Made by a program: the position numbers and the translations under genes
Source of the DNA: an uncultured Pseudomonadota bacterium
Lineage (GTDB): Bacteria; Oederibacteriota; Muellerivitia; Muellerivitales; Muellerivitaceae
Direction of reading: 5' to 3'
Length of the DNA stretch: 64,000 nucleotides
Assembly (NCBI GenBank): GCA_963843375.1
Contig: CAWJKT010000009.1
Span: 128,001 to 192,000 of the forward strand
The notes under the pieces: model-generated
Database searches by the model: none
Seen by the model: only the letters and a program-made list of their open reading frames with translations
Told to the model about the DNA's origin: nothing
Part shown: positions 27,127 through 36,769 of the stretch, in pieces
Layout of the letters: every line of letters starts with the position of its first letter
Position numbering within the stretch: the stretch's first letter is position 1

Positions 27127-29506
27127 GTCATGGCATCTTGAAGCTAAATTTAACGAAAATTTATTTTCCTTAAATTGGACAGCTGATTCGACAAAACTCC
27201 TTCTAAATTTATTCAAGTATTTAGATTCAGCAAATAAACCGATATTAACAATGCTACCCCCTAATGTGAGTCCGGCCGCTGCCGCTGTTGTGGCTTCTTT
27301 GTATTTTCTGCCTGGTATGTCTAAACCACCTGAACCTCATTGCCGCATTGCTTTGTATCCAGGCTTACATTTTGTAAATCAATTAAAAGAAATTGCGTTT
27401 AAGGCGAATGATTTAACTGAAGCTGCGAGAATTTGCCGATTAATGGGTAAAGGCTCACCGAGGTTAAATGGCCCCTTAGAGAAACTTGGGGAACCGATTT
27501 ATAAAAGCATTGACGTTAATTATCATTGGATATTTAAGACCGCAAGAGTTTGGGATTTAAATTTTAAAAAACAAGAACGTATATTTTCACCACGCGGAAA
27601 TAATCATTATCATTTTGGTAAAAATGATCTTTACGATTCTTCGATCGACCTTTTTTTAACTGATCGTCTTGATTCAATCGTCGATAACAAAAAGCCATAC
27701 GACTTATTAATTTACTGTCCATCATTCCATTCTACGACATTGAGTCAGTCGGATGCGGACATTGATAACACGTTGAAAAAAGTTTTAACATTTCCAGCGG
27801 ATCGCAAATTAATTGTAGTTCGTAGTCCTTACGACCATTGGGCGTATTCTCTTGAAAAAAAGATGAAAATCGAAGGTATAGGTTTGTCATCACAAGTTAG
27901 TGCCGATAAAACGGAGGTTACTAATCGCAAAAACTTAACCTTTAAAATAGTCGACCAAATAATAAATCTGGAAGAGGCATTTGTACTATTTGATGAAATT
28001 AGAAAAATTTCTAAGAAACCTGAAACGAATAAGATTTCGCTAAATGAATTGCGCCGCATATTAAAAAGACTTTTGGTCGGTCTTGATCCTAAATATTTCG
28101 ATGATGTTTATCAGTTCGAAGACTTACCAGGACTAATTGAAAGGTTTGTGGATTCTGTAAATATGACCAAAGAATCTCTGGCATGGAAGGTAATAGATAA
28201 GATTAAAACCTCAATAATTTCTGGGAATTTGGTTACCAAAGTCGATGAAATTCGAGAAATTTGTGGTTCTGAAAAAGTGGAGGTTTGGGTAACAAAAGAA
28301 TTGGATAGACGAATAATTGAAGAGACGGTGGAGACAAACCAACTTGATACTAAAGTTAAGTTAGCGGACAGGTGGTTAACGCCTGGTGCGGATGAGTCGA
28401 ATAGATCAGTATTACTTTCACGAATCGATCGTGAGGTTGATTTGAATTTAGTTGCGTATTTAAAACCAGGGGATTTAATTGTAATGACAGCTTGGGAGGC
28501 GGTATTAAAGGGTTATGCGGAAAATGGTGGCAGATCTTCAATATTGAAATCATGGGAAAGATCAGAAAAATGGCGCCAACACGCTAACAATATAGGTATT
28601 ACACCTTTTGAAGTGGGTGTTACGTATGCGGATCCTGTATTAGATTTGGCTAATTATTTAGAATCTATACTTTCAACTTTAAATAATAAAACATTAAACG
28701 ACAAATCCGTGGTGATGGAAGAAGAGAAAAGTTGGTGGGATGAAGCGAATAATGAATCAGCTTATGAAACGGCTTTGGATCGTGCACAAGCGGTTGAGAA
28801 AACGGGCGACAATACTTATTTATGTAAAGAGGTGCTTTTTGATGGTGGATTAGGCATGTTTGTTCGCGAAGATGATGAATTCCAAATCATCTCCGAGGAG
28901 GAAGATGGTGCTGAAATATCACTAATTCCGGTAAAAAACTTAAGAGTTGGTATGATTGTGTTGCTTTTTAAAGACACTGAAAGAAATTCATTATTTGATC
29001 TGTTAATGGATCAATTGGAAAGATCCCCCCAGTATCAAACGGATGTACGGGTTGTAAAAGATTGGAAAGCAAAACTGAAAGCCCATGTACGGTTGAATAA
29101 TTTAAAAATCTCAGAAATAAAAGGTATGTTACGTTTAAGAAATAAGGCGTTCGATCATTTTACAATTCGATCTTGGGTATTTGGTTCCACAATGGCTCCG
29201 CAACATAAGGAAAACCTTGTTCTACTTGTAAAGGCTTTAGGTTTAAATACCGTTAAACCGGATGTTGTTTTTAGAAGTGTTAAGAATTTACGTTCAATCG
29301 CTATAACCCTTGGCAGAGCATTAAATCAAGTAATACTGCGCAAAGATTCGGATAAAATTGATGCCAGCGTTAAAGAAGCGCTCTTAGATGCCGGCATCGA
29401 TTTTGAAGAGCTTTCTGATGTTGTAGAGCCAAAATCGGTTATAAGTGTAACCCCCCAAAGCTTAGAAATTGAGGGAAGAAAGATACGTAAATTGTTTAAA
29501 GTATAA
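27119..29506 (+). CDS. drmE: DISARM class II DrmE-like protein
   Basis: 795 aa, overlaps drmC and lies between drmC and a C5 methyltransferase. Call rests mainly on size and context. Confidence 0.65.
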   Translation: MSRSWHLEAKFNENLFSLNWTADSTKLLLNLFKYLDSANKPILTMLPPNVSPAAAAVVASLYFLPGMSKPPEPHCRIALYPGLHFVNQLKEIAFKANDLTEAARICRLMGKGSPRLNGPLEKLGEPIYKSIDVNYHWIFKTARVWDLNFKKQERIFSPRGNNHYHFGKNDLYDSSIDLFLTDRLDSIVDNKKPYDLLIYCPSFHSTTLSQSDADIDNTLKKVLTFPADRKLIVVRSPYDHWAYSLEKKMKIEGIGLSSQVSADKTEVTNRKNLTFKIVDQIINLEEAFVLFDEIRKISKKPETNKISLNELRRILKRLLVGLDPKYFDDVYQFEDLPGLIERFVDSVNMTKESLAWKVIDKIKTSIISGNLVTKVDEIREICGSEKVEVWVTKELDRRIIEETVETNQLDTKVKLADRWLTPGADESNRSVLLSRIDREVDLNLVAYLKPGDLIVMTAWEAVLKGYAENGGRSSILKSWERSEKWRQHANNIGITPFEVGVTYADPVLDLANYLESILSTLNNKTLNDKSVVMEEEKSWWDEANNESAYETALDRAQAVEKTGDNTYLCKEVLFDGGLGMFVREDDEFQIISEEEDGAEISLIPVKNLRVGMIVLLFKDTERNSLFDLLMDQLERSPQYQTDVRVVKDWKAKLKAHVRLNNLKISEIKGMLRLRNKAFDHFTIRSWVFGSTMAPQHKENLVLLVKALGLNTVKPDVVFRSVKNLRSIAITLGRALNQVILRKDSDKIDASVKEALLDAGIDFEELSDVVEPKSVISVTPQSLEIEGRKIRKLFKV

Positions 29507-29560
29507 TTAGTATCTTGACTTTCAAGACAGAAAATAAATTTCCAGGAATTTGTAAATTAA

Positions 29561-30823
29561 ATGAAAAAAAGAGTTTTATCCCTTTTCTCCGGCTGTGGTG
29601 GAATGGATTTAGGTTTTGAAGGCGACTTCAATGTTTTGAAACGTTCTGTTGGCGAAATGTTTTTATTAACCAATAAAATTTCAAACACTAAAGATAAATG
29701 GGTTCACTTACCAAAAACTTCCTTTGAAACAGTCTTTTCAAATGACATTCTTCGAGGCGCTAAGGCGGCCTGGATTCCATATTTTAAAACCCATAGACAC
29801 AGCAAAGGTGAGTTTCACCTTGGTAGCATTGTTGACTTAGTAAAGGCTTTTAGAGCAGGAAATAAGAGTGTCTTCCCAGCTAGCATAGACGTAGTCACGG
29901 GCGGGTTTCCATGTCAGGATTTTAGTTTGGCTGGCAAAAGAAAAGGTTTCAATTCACACAAAGGGCACCATGGCGGTTTATTAACGGAAGCTGATGAGGC
30001 AAAGGAAGAAAACCGCGGCAAGCTTTATATGTGGATGAAAGATGTGGTTGATATTACTCGACCAAAAATGTTCATAGCTGAAAACGTAAAAGGTTTAGTG
30101 AGCTTAGAGAATGTTAAGCAAATTATTGAGGATGATTTTCGAAAAATAGGTGGCGGGGGATATGTGGTTGTTCCGGCGCGAGTATTACATGCTGCTAATT
30201 ATGGTGTTCCGCAAACAAGAGAAAGAGTTTTGTTTTATGGCTTTAAGCGTTCCGCGTTAAAGGCTGAAGCTTTAAAAGCCTTAACTTCTAAATCTGTTCC
30301 GGGTGAATACGATCCATACCCAGTAGCTACCCATAAAAGCAGCGCTAATCGTAGCGAGTTAATAACTGAGATGGATTTATTGCCAGTTGTAACTATTAAA
30401 GAAGCTTTAGCTGGATTGCCAGAACCGGAAGTGGCAAAAGAAGAGTCTCAAAAATGGTATTCAAAAGCAAAATACTACGGCCCGCATTTACAGGGGCAAA
30501 TTGAAGTTGATCCCAATAAACCTGGTCCCACGATTAGATCTGAACATCACGGGAATATTGAGTTCCGCCGTTTGGCAAAGAATCATGGTGGGAAGAACCT
30601 TGACGAATTGAACAAGGGCCTAAAAGAGCGTCGTTTAACTGTTCGCGAGTGTGCCAGAATTCAAACATTTCCAGACGACTACGAATTCGTTCGTAAAAAT
30701 GGCGAAAACCCTATTAGTTCTTCAGAAGGTTATAAGGTTATAGGGAATGCTGTGCCGCCGCTCTTGGCTTATCATGTAGCTGCTCGTTTAGAAAAATTAT
30801 GGCCTAAATTATTTAGGAGCTAA
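29561..30823 (+). CDS. DNA (cytosine-5)-methyltransferase (DrmMII-like)
   Basis: LFSGCGG, GGFPCQDFS, ENV, QTRERV, RECARIQTFPD, GNAV. Confidence 0.96.
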   Translation: MKKRVLSLFSGCGGMDLGFEGDFNVLKRSVGEMFLLTNKISNTKDKWVHLPKTSFETVFSNDILRGAKAAWIPYFKTHRHSKGEFHLGSIVDLVKAFRAGNKSVFPASIDVVTGGFPCQDFSLAGKRKGFNSHKGHHGGLLTEADEAKEENRGKLYMWMKDVVDITRPKMFIAENVKGLVSLENVKQIIEDDFRKIGGGGYVVVPARVLHAANYGVPQTRERVLFYGFKRSALKAEALKALTSKSVPGEYDPYPVATHKSSANRSELITEMDLLPVVTIKEALAGLPEPEVAKEESQKWYSKAKYYGPHLQGQIEVDPNKPGPTIRSEHHGNIEFRRLAKNHGGKNLDELNKGLKERRLTVRECARIQTFPDDYEFVRKNGENPISSSEGYKVIGNAVPPLLAYHVAARLEKLWPKLFRS

Positions 30824-30825
30824 TC

Positions 30826-31899
30826 ATGGTTTTTGGGACAAATCCAGAAGCGGATGCGAAAGAGTTTGAAGGTGTTTTGAAAAAGGGGCTAACTCTTTTG
30901 ACGGGCGATGCTGAGGCGAATGTTAAACACTTCATGGGTGAAAGTTCCTCGAATTTTGAGGAGATGGTTTATGAAGCCTTAAAAAAATCGGCCATTGGCA
31001 CCAATTTTGAAAACTACATTGAAATGGTTACAGGACATAAATTTCCAGACATTGTGTTTAACAATCGCTTTTACGGTGTTGAGGTTAAAAGCTTAAAACA
31101 CGATGGATGGAGTACCTTTGGTAATAGTATTTTTGAGAGCACCAGAGTCAAAAATATAGATCGTATCTATATTTTGGCGGGTAGATTGTCTGACCCGATT
31201 GAGTTTCGCTATAAAAAATACGAAGAATGTATCGACGACATTCAAATAACTCACTCACCTCGTTATCACATTGATATGGATGTAAAAGCAAAAGACACGA
31301 TTTTTACCAAAATTGGCCAAACCTATGACGAGTTTCGGAAATTAGAAAACCCACTTGGCCCATTGCGTGAATATTACAGGTCAAAACTAAAACCCGGAGA
31401 AGGTTTGTGGTGGCTTGAAAACGATGTGGAGAAAATTGGCAACAATAATTTAGTTGTGAAGGTTCTGAATGATTTGCCAGACGATGAACGAGAAGAAATA
31501 ATGATTGAAGGATTCGCGAGGTTTCCAAAACTTCTAAGCACTGACCAAAGTCGATATAAGAAATTCGCGACATGGTTAATTGTTGAGCATGGGCTTGTCT
31601 CGCACAATGTTAGGGACTTTTTTACAGCGGGCGGCCAAGAAGAAATCAAAGTAGGGGGCAAAACATATTTTGAAGTACCTCAAATTTTTTGGAGTCTGCA
31701 AGGTCGTATTAAGAAAATAAAAAAAGAAGTTGAGAAATTAAAACCGATCACCATTGTTGAAAATTGGGAAATTGAGGATAAATACAACCCGAAGAAATTT
31801 GAAACTTGGGTTGATTTAGTTGAAAGCCATTCTAAAAAGAAGTTGGAGAAATGTGGATTGCCGTTACGCAAAATGATTATGGATGAGTTGAAAAAATAA
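30826..31899 (+). CDS. Putative type II restriction endonuclease (PD-(D/E)xK)
   Basis: FPDIV..GVEVKS catalytic motif; located between the C5 MTase and vsr. Confidence 0.72.
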   Translation: MVFGTNPEADAKEFEGVLKKGLTLLTGDAEANVKHFMGESSSNFEEMVYEALKKSAIGTNFENYIEMVTGHKFPDIVFNNRFYGVEVKSLKHDGWSTFGNSIFESTRVKNIDRIYILAGRLSDPIEFRYKKYEECIDDIQITHSPRYHIDMDVKAKDTIFTKIGQTYDEFRKLENPLGPLREYYRSKLKPGEGLWWLENDVEKIGNNNLVVKVLNDLPDDEREEIMIEGFARFPKLLSTDQSRYKKFATWLIVEHGLVSHNVRDFFTAGGQEEIKVGGKTYFEVPQIFWSLQGRIKKIKKEVEKLKPITIVENWEIEDKYNPKKFETWVDLVESHSKKKLEKCGLPLRKMIMDELKK

Positions 31900-31909
31900 A
31901 GGTTGATAG

Positions 31910-32320
31910 ATGCGGACTAAAGAAATTACTTATCGAATAATGTCCGCCATAAAATCAAAAAACACCCGCCCCGAAAAACTGTTTGAAAAAGAATTAAGAA
32001 AATCAAAAATTAAGTACAAGAAGCATTATCCAATTGAAGGTAAGCCTGATTTTGTTATTTTTAATAAGAAAATTGCCGTGTTTATCGATGGTGATTTTTG
32101 GCATGGCAACAATTGGCGCCTACGGGGGTTTAAAAATCGAGCTCAAGAACTCAAAAGTTATAAGAAGTTTTGGTCAGATAAAATTAAAAATAATGTCGCG
32201 AGAGACAACAAAACAAACAAGAATTTAAGGAAAAAAGGTTGGGTCGTTTTGCGCTTTTGGGAACATGAGCTCAAAATTGATCCTTTCAAATGTTTGATTA
32301 AGTTGAAAAAGGCTTTTTAA
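31910..32320 (+). CDS. vsr: Very short patch repair endonuclease
   Basis: MSAIKSKNTRPE, GKPD, FIDGDFWHG, NVARD, GWVVLRFWE. Confidence 0.94.
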   Translation: MRTKEITYRIMSAIKSKNTRPEKLFEKELRKSKIKYKKHYPIEGKPDFVIFNKKIAVFIDGDFWHGNNWRLRGFKNRAQELKSYKKFWSDKIKNNVARDNKTNKNLRKKGWVVLRFWEHELKIDPFKCLIKLKKAF

Positions 32321-32401
32321 TAAATCTTTGTTTTATTAGAGTTTGCGCGTATACTTTTTAAGGGAATAATTATTGAAAAATAGCAAGGTTGGTAAGAGGT
32401 C

Positions 32402-32713
32402 ATGAAAAAACTGAAAGAAGCAAAAAGATTCAAGGTCACAATTGATGACAAAAATACTTTTATTGCTTGGACTTTTAGCGAGAAGTGGAACGAATGGTCT
32501 GAGCCTTATTTTGAAAAAAGCGAAGCTGATAAGGTTGCCAAGATTCATGACTGTAAATACAACCCCGAAAATGATTCTTATGAATTTGAGCAAAACGGTG
32601 ATGTGGAAGAATTCGAGGGAATTGAAATTAAAACCATAGAAGGTATCAAAAAGGTTTACGCAATTGGTGTGGGTTCATGGGTTTGGGATGAAGCCGAATC
32701 AGTTGAAAATTAA
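32402..32713 (+). CDS. Acidic hypothetical protein
   Basis: 103 aa, RBS GAGG; WNEW..PYF and YAIG..WVW motifs. Confidence 0.65.
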   Translation: MKKLKEAKRFKVTIDDKNTFIAWTFSEKWNEWSEPYFEKSEADKVAKIHDCKYNPENDSYEFEQNGDVEEFEGIEIKTIEGIKKVYAIGVGSWVWDEAESVEN

Positions 32714-32744
32714 ATTGATTACACTAAATTAGGGGTATAAATTT

Positions 32745-33017
32745 ATGAGTCAATACATATGGAAAACTGAAAAATATGAATTTAAAACTGGTTGGGATCG
32801 ACCGTTAGAATATTATTTTTTGGTGATAGAACACATTAATCAAAAGAAAAAGAAGAAAGCTCCTGTATTTTCCAACCTTGAAATTCTTACCGGTCCCGGA
32901 ATGACTCTTGAAGAAATCGAAGAAACTTGTTTACGTTATGTTTCAGCGTTGCCATCAGATATAAAAATGGCCTTACAAAACGATAAAATCAAACAGTCTT
33001 TGGAGTTGTTCATTTAA
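32745..33017 (+). CDS. Hypothetical protein
   Basis: 90 aa, GWDRPLEYYFLVI motif. Confidence 0.55.
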   Translation: MSQYIWKTEKYEFKTGWDRPLEYYFLVIEHINQKKKKKAPVFSNLEILTGPGMTLEEIEETCLRYVSALPSDIKMALQNDKIKQSLELFI

Positions 33018-33347
33018 ACCAGTTCCAATGACTTCAAGAGAATTTTTGTAAACGGGTTCTGTGGTGGTTTATAGGCCTTATGAATCGAGAATTCTTAAAG
33101 AAACCGCTGAATTTTTACCTAAGTTCAAAACCCCACTATACGTAATCATCAAACGCTTTAAGGACTTGCTGATACCCTTTCGTAATCAGAGTGTGCTTTA
33201 ACCGGAATTTAACGGTTCCGCCAGTCTCAAATCCTTCTTGCCTGTGTTGGTGCCCAACATGAGTTATGACTATTTGGAGATTGGTGAGGGAATATGATAA
33301 AATACCGTTAACGAATAATTTAAAAACCACGCTAACCTTAGGTGCGC

Positions 33348-33911
33348 ATGGAAAATATCTTTTCTTTAAACTACCCAGAGTACGCAACCATCAATCGAAT
33401 CAGCAAGATTTTAAAAGGAACTGGTTATTCGGCTTTTATTCCCGTAAGTAGGCAGCAAAAGGGCGTTGATTTTATTCTTCAAAACAACAAGAAGCCAAAT
33501 CATACGGTGCGATTTCAAGTCAAGAGTTCCAAAGTTTACCCAGAAAACAAACTAAAAACGTTCAATAACAAAAAAGAATATGGTTTGACTTTATGGTTTA
33601 ACAATTTCATTAATTCCGGGCAATATGAAAAAGGAAATTCTGATTATTATCTGTTTTTCGGCGTTTACCCAATTTTCACGAAATACACCACCAAAAAATC
33701 CAGAAAATTAAACGATTGGAAAGAAATACTTCTGTGCTTTAAAGAAGAGTATCTCTTTTCCCATATCAAAGAGAATGAACGATTTTTATATATCCATTTC
33801 AGCCTGAATGAAAATGGAAACGTTTCTGACGTTCTGGCGACCAGAGGGTTTAAAGAACATACGGACGTAACCGACTATTTAATTGAAAATCAACTTAAAG
33901 AGATTCTCTAG
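33348..33911 (+). CDS. Putative PD-(D/E)xK nuclease
   Basis: PEY..KGVDFIL..RFQVKSS (D...QxK variant). Confidence 0.55.
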   Translation: MENIFSLNYPEYATINRISKILKGTGYSAFIPVSRQQKGVDFILQNNKKPNHTVRFQVKSSKVYPENKLKTFNNKKEYGLTLWFNNFINSGQYEKGNSDYYLFFGVYPIFTKYTTKKSRKLNDWKEILLCFKEEYLFSHIKENERFLYIHFSLNENGNVSDVLATRGFKEHTDVTDYLIENQLKEIL

Positions 33912-34034
33912 GTATCGTCTGAATATTGCAGTCTTCAATTTCTTTGTATCTACTTCTAATTTCATTAAAAGCGTTGGCCGAATATACGGGGTAGCATATC
34001 TTTTGGATCAAAATTCTAAATAAGGAAAAAGCTT

Positions 34035-34086
34035 AAACCCCTTACTTTCCACCCAATCTAGCCCTGTCCGTACCATCCCCTAATCT
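34035..34086 (+). promoter_or_regulatory. PafBC-type promoter motif copy 4
   Basis: AAACCCCTT at 34035; TGTCCG(34065)-taccatcccc-TA-atc-T. Confidence 0.78.
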
Positions 34087-34125
34087 ATAAACGTATAAAA
34101 ATCAAAAAGAAGAGAGGTGGTCCCA

Positions 34126-34209
34126 ATGCATCATGGAATTTTTGGTTTATTCGTGGTTTTGGTTCTTGTGTGCGTTTTCGCTGCTATTTTCTCCGGTAAA
34201 AAGGAGTAA
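34126..34209 (+). CDS. 27-aa single-TM peptide (paralogue 2)
   Basis: MHHGIFGLFVVLVLVCVFAAIFSGKKE; RBS GAGGT; same length and termini as the 20431 peptide. Confidence 0.8.
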   Translation: MHHGIFGLFVVLVLVCVFAAIFSGKKE

Positions 34210-34350
34210 TAAGTTAGATAAACAGTGAATTTTAGGAATTGAGGTTTTTGTTGTAAACGCCGCTCGAAAAGTGTGACGGTGGGCGGTCCAAAAGTGTGAC
34301 ACCCCCCGCCTTCCATACGCCTTACGGTGTACGGTTGTAGGTTAGCCTTA

Positions 34351-35124
34351 TCAATCCTTCTTGTCTTTATGCTTTAGCCGTTTTTTTGATTCCACCAATC
34401 TATGGCTTTGGCCGTTCGCCTCTAGAATATGTACCCGATGGGTCAAACGGTCAATAAGCGCCCCCGTCATTCTCTCGGACCCCATGACTTCCACCCAATT
34501 TTCAAAGGGTAAATTAGTGGTCACGATCAGGCTAGTGCGCTCGTAGGCCTTGCTGACCACCTCGAAGAGCAGCTCCGCCCCGGCCTTGGCGAATGGGACG
34601 TAGCCCAGCTCGTCCAAGACGATCAAGTGGAGTCGGGCCAACTGCCGGTGGAACTTAGCCAGTTGTTTCTCCTCCCGGCGCTCCAGAAGCTCGGTCACCA
34701 AGCTGGTGACCGAGAAGAATTTCACCGCCCGGCCCTGGCAACAGGCCTGGAAGGCCAGGGCCGTGGCCAAGTGGGTCTTCCCGGTTCCTGAATTTCCGAT
34801 CAGCAGGACGTTTTCCTTTTTATCTATGTACTCGCCCCGCAGGAGTTCACGGGCCAACTCCTGGTTGATCGAGGGCTGGGCCTTGAAGTCGAATGTGTCC
34901 AATGTCTTGAGCACGGGAAAGCCGGCATCCCGAATGCGCCGCTCCTTGGCCCGGCGCTCCCGATCCAACAGTTCCAACTCGGCTAGTTTCAAGAGGAATT
35001 GCGGGTAGTCGCTGCGCTCGGTGCGGCAGAGCTGGGACATCTTGTCGTACTCGCGCAACATGGTGGGTAGCTTGAGCTTCTTGAGGTGGTGTTCCAATAG
35101 AAGGGTCTTTTTGGATTCGCTCAT
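34351..35124 (-). CDS. istB: IS21 helper ATPase IstB
   Basis: GNSGTGKTHLA Walker A, LIVLDELGY, TTNLPF..W, DRLTH. Confidence 0.96.
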   Translation of the reverse strand: MSESKKTLLLEHHLKKLKLPTMLREYDKMSQLCRTERSDYPQFLLKLAELELLDRERRAKERRIRDAGFPVLKTLDTFDFKAQPSINQELARELLRGEYIDKKENVLLIGNSGTGKTHLATALAFQACCQGRAVKFFSVTSLVTELLERREEKQLAKFHRQLARLHLIVLDELGYVPFAKAGAELLFEVVSKAYERTSLIVTTNLPFENWVEVMGSERMTGALIDRLTHRVHILEANGQSHRLVESKKRLKHKDKKD

Positions 35125-36635
35125 GACTCACCTCCCACCGGCATCAACTCGCGGTAGGCCGCAAGATCCGTCCGGGCCACCTGGACTTGCCGCAAGTGCT
35201 CACGCCCGTCCAGCTTGAAGGTGGTCATCCGGTAATACTCCCGGGAGTAGAGCAACTGAGCCACGCCGTCCCGGGTGTAGATTTCCATTTCCACGGCTTT
35301 CTTCACTGCCCGTGTGAGCTTGCCCATGGAATGCTTTTCCAAAAGCCGCATCGTCTTGATGAATTCCCGTGTCCCCTCGCCGTGGAACTTTTCTTTTCCT
35401 TTCATGCGGCGATGCAGGAGTGTGAAACTCTCCGGCAGATTCCAGTCTGCAAGGGGCCTGGCATGATCGAATGCTCCAGGTTTTCCCTCCAAAACCGCCA
35501 AATAATGCACGGGATTTAAGGCCTCACCCTCCTTGACCCAGAGGCGTTGGTGGGTGGCGATGAGCTTGTCCTTGTGGAAAATCTCCACCCGGTCGATGTA
35601 TCCCTTGACCACCACCGGGTGATGGGCCCACTCGCAGGGAACCGAATAGTCGTTTGTGTTGAAGCGCACCAGGGACATGGACGTGGCCGTGGTGGACTGC
35701 TTGATACAGCCGTCAAAAGCAGCCGCTGGCAAGGGCCTGAAATGGGCCTTTTCTTCGTCTAGAAGTTGCTCTTTGGGAAGTTTTTTGCCACGCAATTTGC
35801 GTTGCAAGTCCTCCTCACATTTCACCACCAACTGTTCGTTCCACCCCTCCATGTTCCCCGTCACCTGCGGCACCGGCACCATGAAATTCAGTCTCGGGTA
35901 TTTCACCATGCCTTCCACGACACCCTTCTCGTTGCCACGGCGCACGGTGCAGAAGTGGTGGTCGAAGAGGTAGTGGCTTACCAACTGCTGAAAACCCTGC
36001 GTCAACTCCCGTTCGTGTACCCCGATCAACTTCTTCACGAGAGTCTTGGCGTTGTCGTAGCTGATCCGCCAGGGCACTCCGCCGAAATACTTGAAGGCCC
36101 GGATATGGCCTTCCCAAACGAACTCGGTTGATTCCCGCTCGAACATCTGCACAAAAAAGGCATCCGAGTAGGGCAAGGCCATCACGAAGTAGGGGCGTTT
36201 TACCAACACTCCGTTGAGCTTGATCAGGGCATGGCCGAAATCCACTTGGGCCTCACCGGGCCGGTGGATCAAGGGCACAAAGACCTCGCTGTTTTTGCGT
36301 TTCAAGCCCCGGACGGCCTTTTTGACCTGGGTATAGCCCCCGGTGTAACCTTCCTCGGCCTTGAGGCGATCGAAGATGCGCTTGGCCGTATGGTGCTGCT
36401 TTTTGTGGACGTGCTTGTCGTCCTGGAGGATTTGCAGGATTCGGCCCAGGAAGGGCCCGATCTTCGGCTGGGGCCGCTCCTGCTTCATCTGGTAGCCAGG
36501 CGGCTGACTGTTTTCAAGAATCTTCCTCAAGGTCTCCCAGTGGATGCCTTCTTCCTCCATCACCTGGCGCTTGGAGACCCCCTCCACCAGGATTTTCTTG
36601 CGGATTTCAGTCCATTGGTCCATGTCCTTGTACAC
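35121..36635 (-). CDS. istA: IS21 transposase IstA
   Basis: PGEAQVDFG, YDN, EKGVVE DDE motifs; 4-nt overlap with istB. Confidence 0.95.
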   Translation of the reverse strand: MYKDMDQWTEIRKKILVEGVSKRQVMEEEGIHWETLRKILENSQPPGYQMKQERPQPKIGPFLGRILQILQDDKHVHKKQHHTAKRIFDRLKAEEGYTGGYTQVKKAVRGLKRKNSEVFVPLIHRPGEAQVDFGHALIKLNGVLVKRPYFVMALPYSDAFFVQMFERESTEFVWEGHIRAFKYFGGVPWRISYDNAKTLVKKLIGVHERELTQGFQQLVSHYLFDHHFCTVRRGNEKGVVEGMVKYPRLNFMVPVPQVTGNMEGWNEQLVVKCEEDLQRKLRGKKLPKEQLLDEEKAHFRPLPAAAFDGCIKQSTTATSMSLVRFNTNDYSVPCEWAHHPVVVKGYIDRVEIFHKDKLIATHQRLWVKEGEALNPVHYLAVLEGKPGAFDHARPLADWNLPESFTLLHRRMKGKEKFHGEGTREFIKTMRLLEKHSMGKLTRAVKKAVEMEIYTRDGVAQLLYSREYYRMTTFKLDGREHLRQVQVARTDLAAYRELMPVGGES

Positions 36636-36769
36636 TCCTTTTCCTCCCGGAAGCGTGGTTTTCATCACTGAAAAGCCCACATCTTCTAGGGAATTTCGGG
36701 GAGTGTCACACTTTACGACCGCCTTTTTGACCCTTCAGACCGTCACACTTTTGGAACGCCGTTTACACC

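Larger units (their letters stand above)
34252..36767 (-). mobile_element. IS21-family insertion sequence
   Basis: TG...CA ends; IRs TGTAAACGCCGCTCGAAAAGTGTGACGGT and (reverse complement) TGTAAACGGCGTTCCAAAAGTGTGACGGT with repeated AAGTGTGAC boxes; encloses istA and istB. Confidence 0.95.

Noticed and set aside
33341..33368. GGTGCGCAT resembling the XerC arm of dif
   Set aside because: No XerD arm at the right spacing; overlaps a gene start.
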